A stretch of 63,953 bases of DNA, counting the filler, from Folioceros fuciformis (lineage: Eukaryota): assembly GCA_049999805.1 (NCBI GenBank). It is 11 parts of 11 records of this genome, joined end to end, with 100 filler letters (N's around TTAATTAATTAA, not from the genome) between each part and the next. Parts side by side here need not be neighbours in the genome. Positions count along the whole stretch, not along the records: positions 1 to 11,488 come from JBNGIO010001847.1; positions 11,589 to 20,292 come from JBNGIO010001848.1; 9 more parts are not named here. The stretch is one strand, 5' to 3'. Positions 1-11,822 of this stretch are shown piece by piece (positions within the stretch are counted from its first letter, which is position 1; the number at the start of each line of letters is the position of its first letter). A program made the position numbers and the translations under genes. The notes under the pieces are model-generated. The model ran no database searches. It had not been told where the DNA came from and saw only the letters and a list, made by a program, of their open reading frames with translations.

Positions 1-390
1 AGGATAAGTACTCCAGGATATCGAACTCGAGGATTCACCACGAAGATCTGCAAACACAAATCCAACATACAACTGTACAATCTCACACAATCGCTACAAA
101 CACTCAATCTCTTATTAATCTCTTGCGCTTCTGCGCTCTCAATATCACAATCTCAAACCCTCCACGGGTCACCAATGTCTCTCTCTCTCTCTCTTGTGCT
201 TTCTGTGAAGCCCTCTCTGAGCTCACAATCTCATAATAAATTAAAACTATCAAAACGCTAGCTTATATAGTAGCCAACCCTAGCTAAACTGCAAGTTAAA
301 AGTTAACCCAATGCGAGTTAAGCTTAATCTAATTAAGTAATTAAACTTTGATCTTCACTTAATTCTTCCGCTTTAGCTTATTCTTGAACA
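1..390 (-). mobile_element. Probable LTR fragment of a retroelement inserted into a Copia RT region
   Basis: Non-coding, with a CT microsatellite and a TATA-like 'cttatatag'. Ends in ...CTTGAACA at 390 (TGTTCAAG on minus), exactly where the Copia RT frame begins. Confidence 0.4.
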
Positions 391-391
391 T

Positions 392-1123
392 TATTCCGCT
401 GCATTAGATCTTGCAAAAGAGTGGTCAACAGTTCCGTATGCTCAGGCTGTAGGTTGTTTAATTTTTCTGGCCATCTGGACTCGCCCTGATATTAGCTACT
501 CTATTAGTGTGGTCTCGCAGTTCATGAAGGCACTTGGCAAAGCACATTGGGGTGTCGTTAAACATATCTATCACTATCTTCGAGGGACAATGCAATATGG
601 CCTACACTACACCAGAACTAGCAAGCTTGAGTTTGACTTATCTGCATTTGCTGATGTTGATTGGGCGTCTGATGTGGATACTAGGAAAAGCCTATCAGCT
701 CATGTTTTCTTGCTGGCACAAGGTGCTATTAATTGGTCTTGTAAGAAGAAGACTTCTCTTGCACTGTCCTTGACTGAAGCTGAGTACAAGGCCCTAACAG
801 ATGCATGTAAGGAATTAGAATGGGAACGACAATTTCTAGATGTTGTTCACTTACCATAAAAGGAGCCAACTTTGCTGCTCTGTGACAATATGTCAGCTAT
901 TGCCTTGGTGTCTAACCCCCGCATCCATGCTAAAACCAAGCATATTGAGTTGTATCACCACTACATTCGAGATGTTGCGGAAAGGGGCATAGGCGAAGTC
1001 GAGTATGTCAGTACTGAAGACAATATTGCTGACATTCTCACAAAGGGCTTAAGTACGCCAAAGCACTACAAGCACCTTGCAGCCTTGGGGCTGAGGGTGT
1101 TCTCTATGCCTACTGCAACCTAG
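392..1123 (+). mobile_element. Ty1/Copia pol remnant (RT C-terminus + RNase H), one in-frame stop
   Basis: VPYAQAVGCL..TRPDI, ADVDWASDVDTRKS, SLTEAEYKAL, CDNMSAIAL..HAKTKHIE, NIADILTKGL. ORFs 509-859 and 872-1123 share one frame. Confidence 0.93.
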
Positions 1124-2127
1124 AAATCCACTAACCTATGCCAGCAAGTGCTACAGCACAAGAATAGTGGCATGTTCTCGTAGGGATTACTTTACAACCT
1201 AGGTTGTTGGCACTCTCGTGGACAAACATTCCTTTATGCTGTTACTATGTTGTATGTAGGTTAACGAATATGTGTGGCACCAGGTGGTATTTTTCAGGTT
1301 TGTGCAGCCTTTCCATCTGCACACATAAACAGTATCACTCAGTGGATGAAGCTAACAGTACAAAATCCAGTCGTGAGCTGTTCCTGTATCAACTACCAAC
1401 ACAAATAGTGGCTTTGTCTTGCTTACTATGCTGTGGAGGAAGGCAAAGTTTTTATGTTGGCCGTATACCAAACTCATTGTCTCCAAGTGTGCTCTCGAAG
1501 CCCATATTCTTCAGCTCCTTGACCATCTGCTGGATCTCAAGGACTATAAGTGGAAACATGCAAGGAACGCGAGCAGGGATTCTACCCACCAGTTCCTCCA
1601 GCTCGAGTCGAGTGACTTCAGTTTGGCTAACTGAAGATCGTGGTCAAGCTCCTCCATCTTCTTCAGGGTCAGCATGAGGTGTGAGAGCAGATTTATGTCT
1701 GCCTGTGTTGGCCACCCTACCAGATGCCTAGCTCTCTCTATGGCACAGTAAGGACTTGAGTCGGCCATCATCGTCGAAATTCCTGAGTTCATATCCAAGA
1801 ATCGAGCCGCTCTAGCCTTGGTGATGGTCATCCCCTCCTTGGTAGCCAGGTTCCGCTTGCACCATTCCTCCATGCTGCTGTCTGCCGCTATGCTCTCAGC
1901 TGTGACGATGCACAAGACCACAAGCGCAAGCTCACTATTTGTCTTCATGGCCAAATAGCCGGACATCGCCTGTTCCTTGCGCTTATGTCCTAGCCTGTCA
2001 TGCATGCAACTCAACAGCCGCTCATTGTTCGCTTGCCTGCTCAGTCTGAAATGACTTTGAAACTGAAGGCAAGAGCTAGCCCTAACACCGTTTTTAATAG
2101 ATCCCGTTATGTTAACCCTGTTCGATT

Positions 2128-2445
2128 AAGAGGGAGTGTTAGGGTTATTTAGTAAAGACTAGTTAACCTCACTTGGTTAACGTTTGGGTTACATAAGTAT
2201 TTAAGACAATTTTGTATTCTACATTTAATGAATTCGTTCATTCTTTTGTGCACTTGTGTGTTTGGTGTACGAGAGCTTCCGCTTTATTTTATTTACAAGC
2301 TTTGGTACTCATTCTCCACCGCAAGCTGCCACTTGGAGGATTCAAGGCCATAGAAAGCTTGGGTAAGTGCGGTGGGCTCCTCCGGCAGTGAAGGTGGCGA
2401 GGAGTGAGCTGCAGACAGTTAGCCAAAAGAGGTCTTGAAGTCAAC
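2128..2445 (+). mobile_element. Polypurine tract and 3' LTR of the upstream Copia element
   Basis: AAGAGGGAG (2128-2136) is immediately followed by TGTTAG at 2137 and an AT-rich LTR-like tract. The right end is approximate. Confidence 0.55.
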
Positions 2446-4026
2446 TAATTGGTAAGGGGGCTCAGCCCACTGTGCTGGCGGCGGTCGGTGATGAGCGCTG
2501 CGATGCAGGCCAGGGGGAGGCCCACCTTTAGGAGGCGGCACCTCAACAACAGGCAAGAGCTCAGTCGGTGGCTCATCAGCAACAGTCTCGTGTGGAGCAA
2601 GGGGATCAACTGGTATGGGATCCAGGGGCGCTTCATAAGGCTGTTGGTCAGTTGGGGGAACAAGGGCAGTGTCTTCTCCCTCCTCGTCTGGCAGAGACCA
2701 AGAATCGCCGCCCTCGCCCTCGGAGTTGGTATCCTCAAGAGGATCGCCATCGCCCTGCAGGAAATGTGAAGCGGAGTCAGGCTGGTGGTGACTCGCGTGG
2801 GTCGTGAGTCGGCCACAGCTCCCTCTGAGGCTAGCCGCATGAGTTCCAGGAACATAACATTGCGAGCCAGGATAATGCTGTGATCTTCATGATCAAACAA
2901 TTTGTAAGCTTTCACATTCTCGCTATATCCAACCAGCAAGAGCTTTCGCGACGTGTCCTCCAACTTTCGGCGCTTGGTCTTTGGTATGTAGGCATAAGCT
3001 GTAGAACCAAAGACTCGAAGGTGGAGGATGCTAGGTTTTCGATTCCAGAAATCCTCATACGGGGTACGCCTGGGGACAGCGCCAGTGATGACTGGATTGA
3101 GGATGTAGGTGGCAGTGACAATGGCTTCTACCTAGAAGCCCTGAGGAAAGCCAGCCCACAACAACATGCTTCAGGTCATTGAGAGCAGGGTTTGATTTTT
3201 GCGCTCTGAAACCCCGTTTTGCTATAGGGTATAAGATACGCTAAGCTGCCTCTCAATACCTCGCTCCCGCAAGAAGTCATCAAAGATGTTATTCACAAAT
3301 TGTGTTCCATTGTCACTTCTCAGGATTTTCAGCAAGTGACCTGTTTGTCTCTCAGCAACCTAGAGCCAATCTCGGAAGTAAGTGAGCGTGTCACTCTTGA
3401 GGTGCATGGGATATGTCCATGAGTACGTACTAAAATCATCCGTAAGGGTGAGGTAGTAGTGTGCTCCCCCTAGTGATGGTTCATGGATCTTTCCAGAGAT
3501 GTTTGTATGAACCAATTCCAAGGTGGTAGTTACCCTGTGAGCGTGCTTGGAGAAGGGGAGTTCTTTCTGCTTCTCCAACACACAAGATTCACACACGTGG
3601 AGGTGCCGAAAACACTTAGGTAGGGGCTCCATATATAGGTTTTGTGACGCCATGGATGTAAGCTTGTTTTTGTTAATGTGTCCCAACCTTGCGTGCCACA
3701 GAGATGCTAGGCTGTTGGAGGATGACAGCGGCAGTCCGGCAGTGAGGGCAAACGGTTCGCTCCCATCGGCAAATGAGAGCCTGTATAGGCCGTCTTGGGG
3801 CACAGCGATGAAGAGGCACAAGTCAGGATTTGTGGTCCTGGAAAAACAACATGATCTCCTTGAAGCGAGCATCTCAAGATCGCCTTGCTTGAGCAGCTGG
3901 GTCATGGAGACTAGGTTCTTGCCCATCTATGGGACGAGGAGCACAGGCTCCAAGGTAAGCACCGAACCATTCCGAAGGGGAAATTCGCAAGTGCCTTGTC
4001 CCATGATAGGTAGACTTGATCTACTC
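2445..4026 (-). mobile_element. Ty1/Copia pol remnant (protease end, GAG-pre-integrase, integrase core, SH3-like region)
   Basis: KNLVSMTQL, LWHARLGH..CESC, LELVHTNISG..YYLTLTDDFSTYSWTY, LLVGYSENVKAYKLFD..ARNVMFLE. Contains stops and frameshifts. Confidence 0.92.
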
Positions 4027-4818
4027 TATCGTGCTAGGGCAATGTTGTGATGAGTCGAGTATTAAGCCTGGCCAGCACCACTTGAAGCTTGGGGTTCCGA
4101 CTTGCACATGCAGCATTTGTACCTGTATCCTAGTGTTGTTTCCCACTGCTCTCCATGTCACAAATTGCAGCACAATTTGCTGCAAGTGAGGACAGTCCAT
4201 GTCCAAAAAATGGAAGATTCTGATTCGAAGAGATTGCAGCAAAGACTTGCAGCAATCTGGGTTTGAAAGGAGCTGCGTGACACACGCAGCTTGGTGAGTC
4301 AGTAAGTTACGCCATGAACTACAACACTGGAATCAAAGGCACTGAAAATGTTCTTCATCCTAGCTCCCAATTCTTGAGAACACAAAACATGGTTTGAGCT
4401 GCCTTCCCCAAGTTTAAGCGCTGCGCGGCGCAACTTCAACAACTATCGACTTCTGCCCTGGCTACCCCTTTTGCCTAGCGCCAGCCATCTTCATGATCTA
4501 GCGTCCAGCTGAGTTGGCTTCACGCCCTTGCATCAGCGCTGCTCCTTCCATGATGCCTTGCTAGTGTACCATAAGTTCTGCTGTTTTCCCACGTTTGGCA
4601 GCAGGGTTACACCAACAACAAGTTGGGAAATATCCAACATGTGTTTCGACTCAACTTGCCTAGAAACATCTAACTATTTCTAAGCTAGTTTGCGAAATAT
4701 CTAGCTAAGCTAGGTTCATTTATCCTAGCATTGGTTTACTTAAGACATATATTTGCTATCCTATTCTCAACAACATTGGCTGAGGGTTCTCACCTAATCG
4801 GCGGTCACCTTCATGACA
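4027..4818 (-). mobile_element. 3' LTR (~790 bp) of the PHD-integrase Gypsy element
   Basis: Minus strand begins TGTCATG (4818) and ends CACGA(T/C)A (4027), i.e. imperfect inverted termini. It interrupts the Copia protease frame. Confidence 0.65.
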
Positions 4819-4820
4819 GC

Positions 4821-5020
4821 TGTCGTGCTAGAGAAATGTTGTGATGAGTCAAGTCCTGAGCCTGGCCAGCACCACTTGAAGCTTGGGGTTCCGGCTTGCA
4901 CATGTAGCATTTGTACCTGTATCCTAGTGTTGTTTCCCACTACTCTCCATGTCACAAATCGCAGCACAATCTACTGCAATTAAGGATAGTCCATGTCCCA
5001 AAAATGGAAGATTCTGATTC
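4821..5020 (-). repeat. Second, partial copy of the last ~200 bp of the same LTR
   Basis: Direct repeat of 4027-4226 (tgtcgtgctag...ggaagattctgattc) with scattered substitutions. Lies between the G-run PPT (5020-5030) and the full LTR. Confidence 0.85.
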
Positions 5021-6269
5021 CCCCCCCCCTAGCTGATTGTGCCATAGTTAGAACTGGTGCAGCATAGCGAGGGCAGTACCAAAGCTGCTCAAGAAACTCC
5101 GAGAGAGGTGGATTGAGACAGAACAAATGGTAACCACCGTTGTAATCGTCACAAAGTAGCATCAACTCAGCGTCGTCAATCCTCCGGCATACGTGGCATG
5201 GGTAATCTCGAGGAGGAATCAAATCGGCGGTGACGATGGTTGGGTCCAGGTTAGGAAGGTGGCAGGGCGCGCAATTCTTCATGTGGTTTGTGATGGTGTG
5301 CTCATCTGACCCTTGCAGTAGCAAGACCCCATTTGGTCGAACCTCCCTGACTCACAGCACATGATGGCTACTGATAGTGTCTAAAGTGTCCCCTGTTTGC
5401 CGTTGCAAGTATACGAAATCCCTCTCTTGAAATTTCTTCAGTTTGGGTCTGAAACTACCACTACGAGTCTATGCATACCGCAATGTGTCCCGGTGCTGTG
5501 CAATGCAGAGATTGTCCATTGCCATGGGCATCACTTGCCTGAACAATGCAGCCCTCTCACCAATAGCACGTGCCCAAGCAGCAGGATCATCCAGATCCAA
5601 AACTTTTGACATTTGCTTGGCAATAGCATTGGGCGGTATGGGCTCCCTCCCAAACAGCAAAAAGTAGGGACTGAAGTGAGCTAAGGAGGCATGTTTGCTG
5701 AGCTTGTACCCCATGGCAATGTATGGTAGGGCCAAATCCCACTCTGCCTTGGGCATCCGTAAGCACAGTTTCCTCAGCCCCTTCTTAATTGTTTGCACCA
5801 TACGCTCTGTGAGACCATCGCCTTGGGGGTGGTCTCGACTAGTCCTGTGATGGTCAATCAATGCTGCATCTAGCAGCTCCTCGAAATTCAGAGCCTTGAT
5901 CTGTCAAGCACTCAGCACAACTTCCAAAGCGTGCTAGCACATTCTGAAGGAAAGCTTGCGCTGTGCTTTTGGATGTCTTATCAAGAAGGGCCACCACATT
6001 GATCCACTTGCTGAAATGCTCTATCATAACAAGCACGTAGACATTGCCCCTTGGTGTACGAGGGAGTTCCCCAAGCAGGTCACAAGACCACCAAAAGAAC
6101 AGACCCATGATGGGCAAAGGCTGTAGCTGTGGATTCTGAATGTTGAAGGTGGTTTTAACTTTGTCACACTCCACACAACGCCCCACTTGTTGCTTCACCT
6201 GGGCATGCATCCCGTACCAATGAAAATGTGGAACCAAGAGGCTGTAGGTCTTTTTGACACCAAAGTGAC
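5021..6269 (-). mobile_element. Ty3/Gypsy integrase (zinc-binding end, DDE core, C-terminal PHD finger) plus PPT, decayed
   Basis: HFGVKKTYSLL..CVECDK, WSCDLLG..YVLVMIEHFSKW, LTDQGSEF, HPQGDGLTERMVQTIK, SPYFLLFGREP, then CHVC..MLLCD..GYHLFCLNPPL..WYCP, followed by AGGGGGGGGGG. Confidence 0.9.
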
Positions 6270-6903
6270 TATGGAATGCCGGTTTTTGGCAAGTACCCGC
6301 AGTAGGTAGGGAGCGGCTTATAACATTTTCAGTTTTGTTTGGTCTTGTTTGGTAGGTTAGATGAGTGGCGATAATAAGGGGTAGTATTATAAAGAAGTTA
6401 ACTTCTTTGGGATGGTTACCTATAGGGAGGTATGCCCACGTAGGGAGGATATCTCTGTGGGAGGTAGTACCTTAATAAGAAATATAGTTGTGAAGGGCAA
6501 GCTACCTACAGAAAAGGGGACACCTGTGTAGGGTATTTATTAAGGGCAATAACTACATATAGAAGTATACCTACGATAAGAGGGTATTTAAAGGGGTCCC
6601 TACCTAAGGTGTCCCATCAACGAAGGGTGCTCACCTCCACGTAGGGAACTACATCTACCTACATAGCGGGGAATAAGAAAGTGGTTGTGCGACAAGACAC
6701 CTATGTCGGGGACCTACTTGTTGTGACCAAGCGGACTCAAAGCGAGAGAAAGGGCTTTGCCGTGGTGAGAGCCATAGGGAGGAACGATGCAAGGGACATG
6801 AAATCAACTGGACAGAAGCTGGGAGTAGTTGCTTACGGAGGTAGGGGTATAACCTTGCGTAAAGGAAGGCAACTGACATTCTTGGGGTTTTGTTCCATCA
6901 ACT

Positions 6904-9432
6904 ATGGCGCGGACCTCCATCAATACTCAGGTGGGTTTCGGTAGTAGGGGACGACCCACGAGAGCAGCCAGCTCTCCCCGAACCAATGTTCCATCATTTT
7001 CTTGCTTTGGGGGCCAACTGAACTCAAGGGATTTGATAGACCTACGGACTGGGGCATGTGACGCAAACATCAAGATTGACTGGATATATGGCAGACACTG
7101 GTCGTATGTTCATGAAGGCTTGGTGAAGGAGTGCTATACCAACCTACAGCAATCGAAGGAGGAGTTGGAAGCCCTACCTGAACAAAACGCGAGGATTGAC
7201 CCTCGGTGTTGGACTGTCTGGAGCATCCGACAGGTGTACGGTAGGTTGGAAGGGGAGAGCGATGGTATTGGGATCCTGGATAAAACCATAGATGGGCAGA
7301 GGTCACCCAGCACCACCCTACCATCTGGGGCACTAGAATTGCTATTGGGAGGGGAGCAAGCAAGAACCAAGAACGGGTGGAGGACTGAGAGGATCAAGGA
7401 GCTCAAATGGCGGTTGTTCACTAAGGTGGTTCTTGGATTGGTGAACTATCAACGCACCTCATATTTCAGCAATGCTTTCCTCCACTTCCTTTGGAGAGTG
7501 ACTCAAGGAGCAAAGCCAAACTGGGGGTTAATTATGTATGAGGCGTATACCTACCACAGGGAGAAGTTGATTAAGCCAAACGGTAGGGAGGGGGGGATTG
7601 CACGTCCTTGCTACCTCTTGACTTATTTGGTACACTTATGGAAGACAGAAGGGTTGTTAACACAAGAGGAGTTGGAGGAGGCGGAACAACCTTTTGTAGT
7701 TATCCCGTTGCAGGGGGATGCTTTTATTTCTAGTGGAGTGTTGACCCCTCTTATGGATGAGGAGTCCCCACTTGATTCTGAATCAGCCATGGCAGCCTAT
7801 GATGAGTCTGATGAAGATGACACCCTGTTGATACGGAGACCTAGGGAGCAGCAAAGAGACCGAAGGCTACCATCAATCACCACCCCCGCAGCCCTAGATT
7901 CCACCCCAACTGAGATGGAGACAGTGAGGGATCCTGGACCAATCCAGCCAATAGTTGAAGTAGGGTACTAGGTAGGGGATTTGGCGATGACACCAGTAGT
8001 GCACGCATAGAGTGGAGCACCAGATTTGGGGAGAAGGAGCCCAATGAATTAGGAAGCAGCTCGACGAGCACACGCCACAAGCCAAGGTAACGATACTTTG
8101 TTGGGAGTGTGGAGCAACATCATTCAGCATGGCCAACAGCTACAACACATCAATTGGGGAGAGGCCCGTGCATTGATTGCAGCCCTACTACAAGAGGACA
8201 TAAGTCGGGATGCAAACCAGGCATGACTAGCATCCAAAGTGCAGGAATTGGAAAAGGTTCGAGAACAGTATCTCCTCAAGGATGGTGAGCAAAGGCAACG
8301 ACTGGAGAAGTTGACCCAGCAGGTGACCACGTTGCAGACTTCCCAACAAGATTTATCACATGAGATCATTGCATGTCGAAGGGACCTCGCCCAATCTGAG
8401 GAAACTAGGAAGGTGGTGGAGGAACAGCTACGGGAACAAGTCTACATTGCAAAGGATTTACAAGGCAAGCTAGATGAGTTGGAGGCACAGAATGCTAAAG
8501 CGAACCCGGAGCTCCAGCAATGACTTGAAGCAGGGCAACGAGAGCGAGTGGAGAGGGAACAATTGACCATCCAATTAGAAGACCTTCGGCAGAAGAAAGC
8601 ACAACAAGAAGCTGAGCACCATACCAAGATTCACAGGATGCTGGTGGTTCGAGCTCGTAGGTTTTATGCTGACTATGCCTACTTGACGGGGTGCATGACC
8701 AAGCTTCATGCAACTCATCAAGAAAACCTTGACCTATAGTTGAAGGTAGGCGCGATGGAGGCTGAACGGGATATCTACAAGAGTAGATGCGAGGGTGGCG
8801 ATTGGGTTGTTGACATGGATACCATAGATTTAGCTCAACAGAATCGCAACCTCCACCTACACCAACGTCTACTCGCTCATCACAAGGAACTGGCAGCATT
8901 GGCAAGGCGAAGGTATCTTGGGCCACATGATGACGACCGTGAGGCCCTAGAGACAATGCCCCTACCAACAGACTTTCAAGAAGACAATAGTATGGACCTA
9001 GAGAGCTCGCAATGGGAACCTGAGGAGCTGCTATGGGCTAGGAAGAGCACGCAACAAGGGGTACCTACTTCCGTAGGGAACCTACCTACGAGAGGAGGGG
9101 TAGGGAACCTACCTACAAGAGGAGGGGTAGGGAACCTACCTACAAGAGGAGGGGTAGGGAACCTACCTACGAGAGGAGGGGAAGGAATGGTAGGTACCCT
9201 ACCTACGAAGGGAACATCTCCACCCTACGTAGGGAAGGAACCTCAGGTTGAGGAACAAGGGGAACCCTCCCCTACCAAACTTGTAGGTGGTGGTGAAGGG
9301 ATAACCCAAGAGATCCACACAGAGGAAGGTATAGTGGAAGCTCGTGGATCCAAAAGAAGACGAATCCCAATCATGGAGGGGGGCCCAATGGCTCAACCTT
9401 CAAACTCTGCCTCCCTCCAGGAGCCATCCTAG
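6904..9432 (+). pseudogene. Retroelement accessory ORF (~840 codons: globular N-terminus, acidic linker, long coiled coil, repeat tail), six in-frame stops
   Basis: ORFs 6904-7971, 8239-8523, 8548-8739 and 8740-9432 are all one frame. The stops are TAG/TGA, consistent with CAG/CGA deamination. Confidence 0.8.
9073..9180 (+). repeat. 27-bp tandem repeat x4 encoding VGNLPTRGG
   Basis: gtagggaacctacctac(g/a)agaggaggg repeated four times. Confidence 0.95.
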
Positions 9433-10467
9433 CCATACCTTTTTGAAAAGGGAGGTCAACGAATCTTCCATGGCGGCACCGACAGTCCTAATCTTCATCG
9501 GGGCGCATTGCCTTAACAACTATTGGTAGGTCTTAGCCTCTTGGTAGGTGTGCGTAGTTAAAGCTGGCCGAGGCTAGTGGTAGGTAGGAAGCCATCTGCC
9601 ATCCTATATAAGTAGAACGAAGAACTTGAGCCAGGCCCCCGTTCTTTGATTGTAAGTGTTTCGTAACAAATAGAGAACCAATTTTCGTAAGCCAGCGTGG
9701 ACATCCTGGCGGAAGGGGGAGCTGCGAGTGCCCTTTCTATTGCCAATCATAAAGGTTCTTGTGATGTCTGGTTGGGAGTCTTGAACGTAGGGAAACGCGG
9801 AGTTGGATTGTGTAGAAGGTGTTGTGAGGAGACTTGTGGGGAAAGTCGCTGGGTGTAGGTAGTTGGAAGTTGGTAGGGGGAGGTATTGGGGCCTTTCCAA
9901 ATGAAGGAATGGTGCCTTCCTACTGAGTGGACGTGTTGAAGGTACGCGGGAAAGGTTGAATGTCATAGGCGAACGATAAACAGAGTTGGAGGGAGCGGAG
10001 TAGGCTCGGAGGAAAACTTGTTGGTCGCTGGGCGTAGGGAGACGAGCAGCTAGATTGTGGGTAGAGGACGGTGTTGTAGGTAGCCTTGTGAGGAAAAGGT
10101 ATTGAGTGTAGGGAGGTAGAAATCGGTAGGGGAGGTATTGGGGTCCTTCCAATTGAAGGAATGGTGCCTACCTACTGACGAGACGTGTTGCAAGATTGGT
10201 AGGAACGTGATTGGAAGGTAGAAATCGGTAGGGAAGGTATTAGGGTTCTTCCAAGTGAAGGAATGGTGCTTACCTATTGATGGGACGTGTGGCCAGATTA
10301 GTAGGTATGTGGTTGGGAGAGTTGACTAGTGTAGGGGAGCGATAGACGTAGCTGACCAGGCTCAGAGGGGAGCGATTCCGGGGAAGCCTACAACGACCGT
10401 GGGATTGATGTGGCCACGATACATGTGAGCGAGTGCCTAGCAGGGATACCATGCCCGCTTGCCCACA

Positions 10468-10870
10468 GTGACCCATGTCATCATGGACTTGACAAATCAA
10501 TTGCTCCCTCTCAGCTGGTGGAGGCACAAGACGTTCCACTCTGTTACCCAACCTTCGCAGCAAGTAGTTGTCTCGCCAGTAGTACAGCTCAGCACGTTGA
10601 CGGATCCGCTCCTGGATTGCTGGCTTTAGTGACGTGTCCAGCTGTCTAGTTTGCACAAAGTGCAAAGTCTCAACATCCTCTCAGATGTCCTTGGGCCTGG
10701 TAGTACTTGCATTAACCTCCAGCTGTCCCAAGCATATAATGGCCACCAGGGCTACCACATCAAGACCCTCTGCCTCATCGCTATCCAGATCCTGTCGGGC
10801 TGCGGTTACATCAACATGACTGTCACTAGGATTCCTAGACAAGGTGTCGGCATTCTGGTGTTTCACGCTT
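10468..10870 (-). mobile_element. Upstream part of the same Gypsy pol (RNase H end to integrase zinc-binding domain)
   Basis: KHQNADTLSRNP ... RLVPPPAEREQLICQVHDDMGH, which joins 6269 across the insertion. Confidence 0.88.
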
Positions 10871-11488
10871 AAGCTTTTATCACCTACGAGGAGGACCGAG
10901 AACAAGCCTTGGAGGAGACACATAGGATACAAGAGCAAAGGAAAACCTGCCACGATGGTAGGTTGAGGAAGAAGGAGACCATCGTACAGGGTGATCTGGT
11001 GCTACTGTATGACAGTAGGTACATGGATTTCCCAGGTAAGCTGAGGCTAAGGTGGATGGGTCCTTACAAGGTGGAGGAAGTGTTTGAGAATGGGTCTGTC
11101 CAGTTGAGGGTATTGGATGGTGATTTGTTGCCAACTAGGGTCAATGGTTGGCAAGTCAAGAAGTACTATCAGCCCTGAGAGGGTTAGTTGTTTGCGAGGA
11201 CGCAAACAGCTGAGAAGGGGGGCATGTGAACCTCCAAAGTTTGGGGTAGTAGTTTGTTTTGGTTGAAAAAGGGTTAATAGTGGTATGGTTTGGTTTTCTT
11301 TTTCAACTTATTTTTCCTAATTTTCCTTGATTTTCTGGTTACTTTTCCTATTTTTCTTTGTGCTAATTGGGTTAATTGACCAGGAAATAGTGGGTTTGGT
11401 TATAAGAGTGGGTATAGGTTTGGTCCCAGAGCTGGGAAGGTTTAGGTTCGGTACCAGGCCATAGGGTTGGGTGATTAGTTTAATATTA
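10871..11488 (+). mobile_element. Athila/Tat-like Gypsy 3' end: integrase GPY/F tail (to 11178), PPT (11212-11222), 3' LTR from 11225 (cut by contig end)
   Basis: GDLVLLYDSR..FPGKLRLRWMGPYKV..VNGWQVKKYY. GAGAAGGGGGG then TGTGAACC. The same LTR recurs inverted, ending at 63035. Confidence 0.88.
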
Positions 11489-11588
11489 NNNNNNNNNNNN
11501 NNNNNNNNNNNNNNNNNNNNNNNNNNNNNNNNTTAATTAATTAANNNNNNNNNNNNNNNNNNNNNNNNNNNNNNNNNNNNNNNNNNNN
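11489..11588. other. Artificial contig spacer (also at 20293-20392, 24649-24748, 31142-31241, 37620-37719, 39174-39273, 44019-44118, 51699-51798, 54413-54512, 62146-62245)
   Basis: Identical 44N-TTAATTAATTAA-44N linker with stops in all six frames, present ten times. Confidence 0.99.
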
Positions 11589-11822
11589 CACTACCAACTG
11601 CTGCCATTCGGAACAGGACGCAGAGGTTGCCCAGGGATAGGTCTGGGCCTCACGATGGTGCAATATGGACTTGCCAGGCTTGTTCAAGCTTTCGACTGGG
11701 CCCCTCCCAAGGGCTTGAAACCAGAGGACGTGGACATGGATGAAGTTTGGGGACTCACCCTTCCCAGAGCCCACGCCTTGGAGGCAGTACCAACTCCAAG
11801 ACTGTCACCACACCTGTACTAA
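11589..11822 (+). CDS. Cytochrome P450 (CYP71 clan), 3' end only
   Basis: Not in the ORF track. Manual translation: HYQLLPFGTGRRGCPGIGLGLTMVQYGLARLVQAFDW..DMDEVWGLTLPRA..PTPRLSPHLY*, containing the heme-binding PFGxGRRxCPG motif. Confidence 0.93.
   Translation, partial: HYQLLPFGTGRRGCPGIGLGLTMVQYGLARLVQAFDWAPPKGLKPEDVDMDEVWGLTLPRAHALEAVPTPRLSPHLY

Larger units (their letters stand above)
6270..10467 (+). mobile_element. 4198-bp solo-LTR-like insertion with 5-bp target-site duplication
   Basis: GTGAC flanks both ends (6265-6269 and 10468-10472). Termini are T(A)TGG...CCACA. Removing the insert restores the in-frame integrase motif HDDMGH|FGVKKTY on the minus strand. Confidence 0.85.

Noticed and set aside
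11541-11774. 77-aa minus-strand ORF
   Set aside because: Antisense of the P450 C-terminus on the plus strand.
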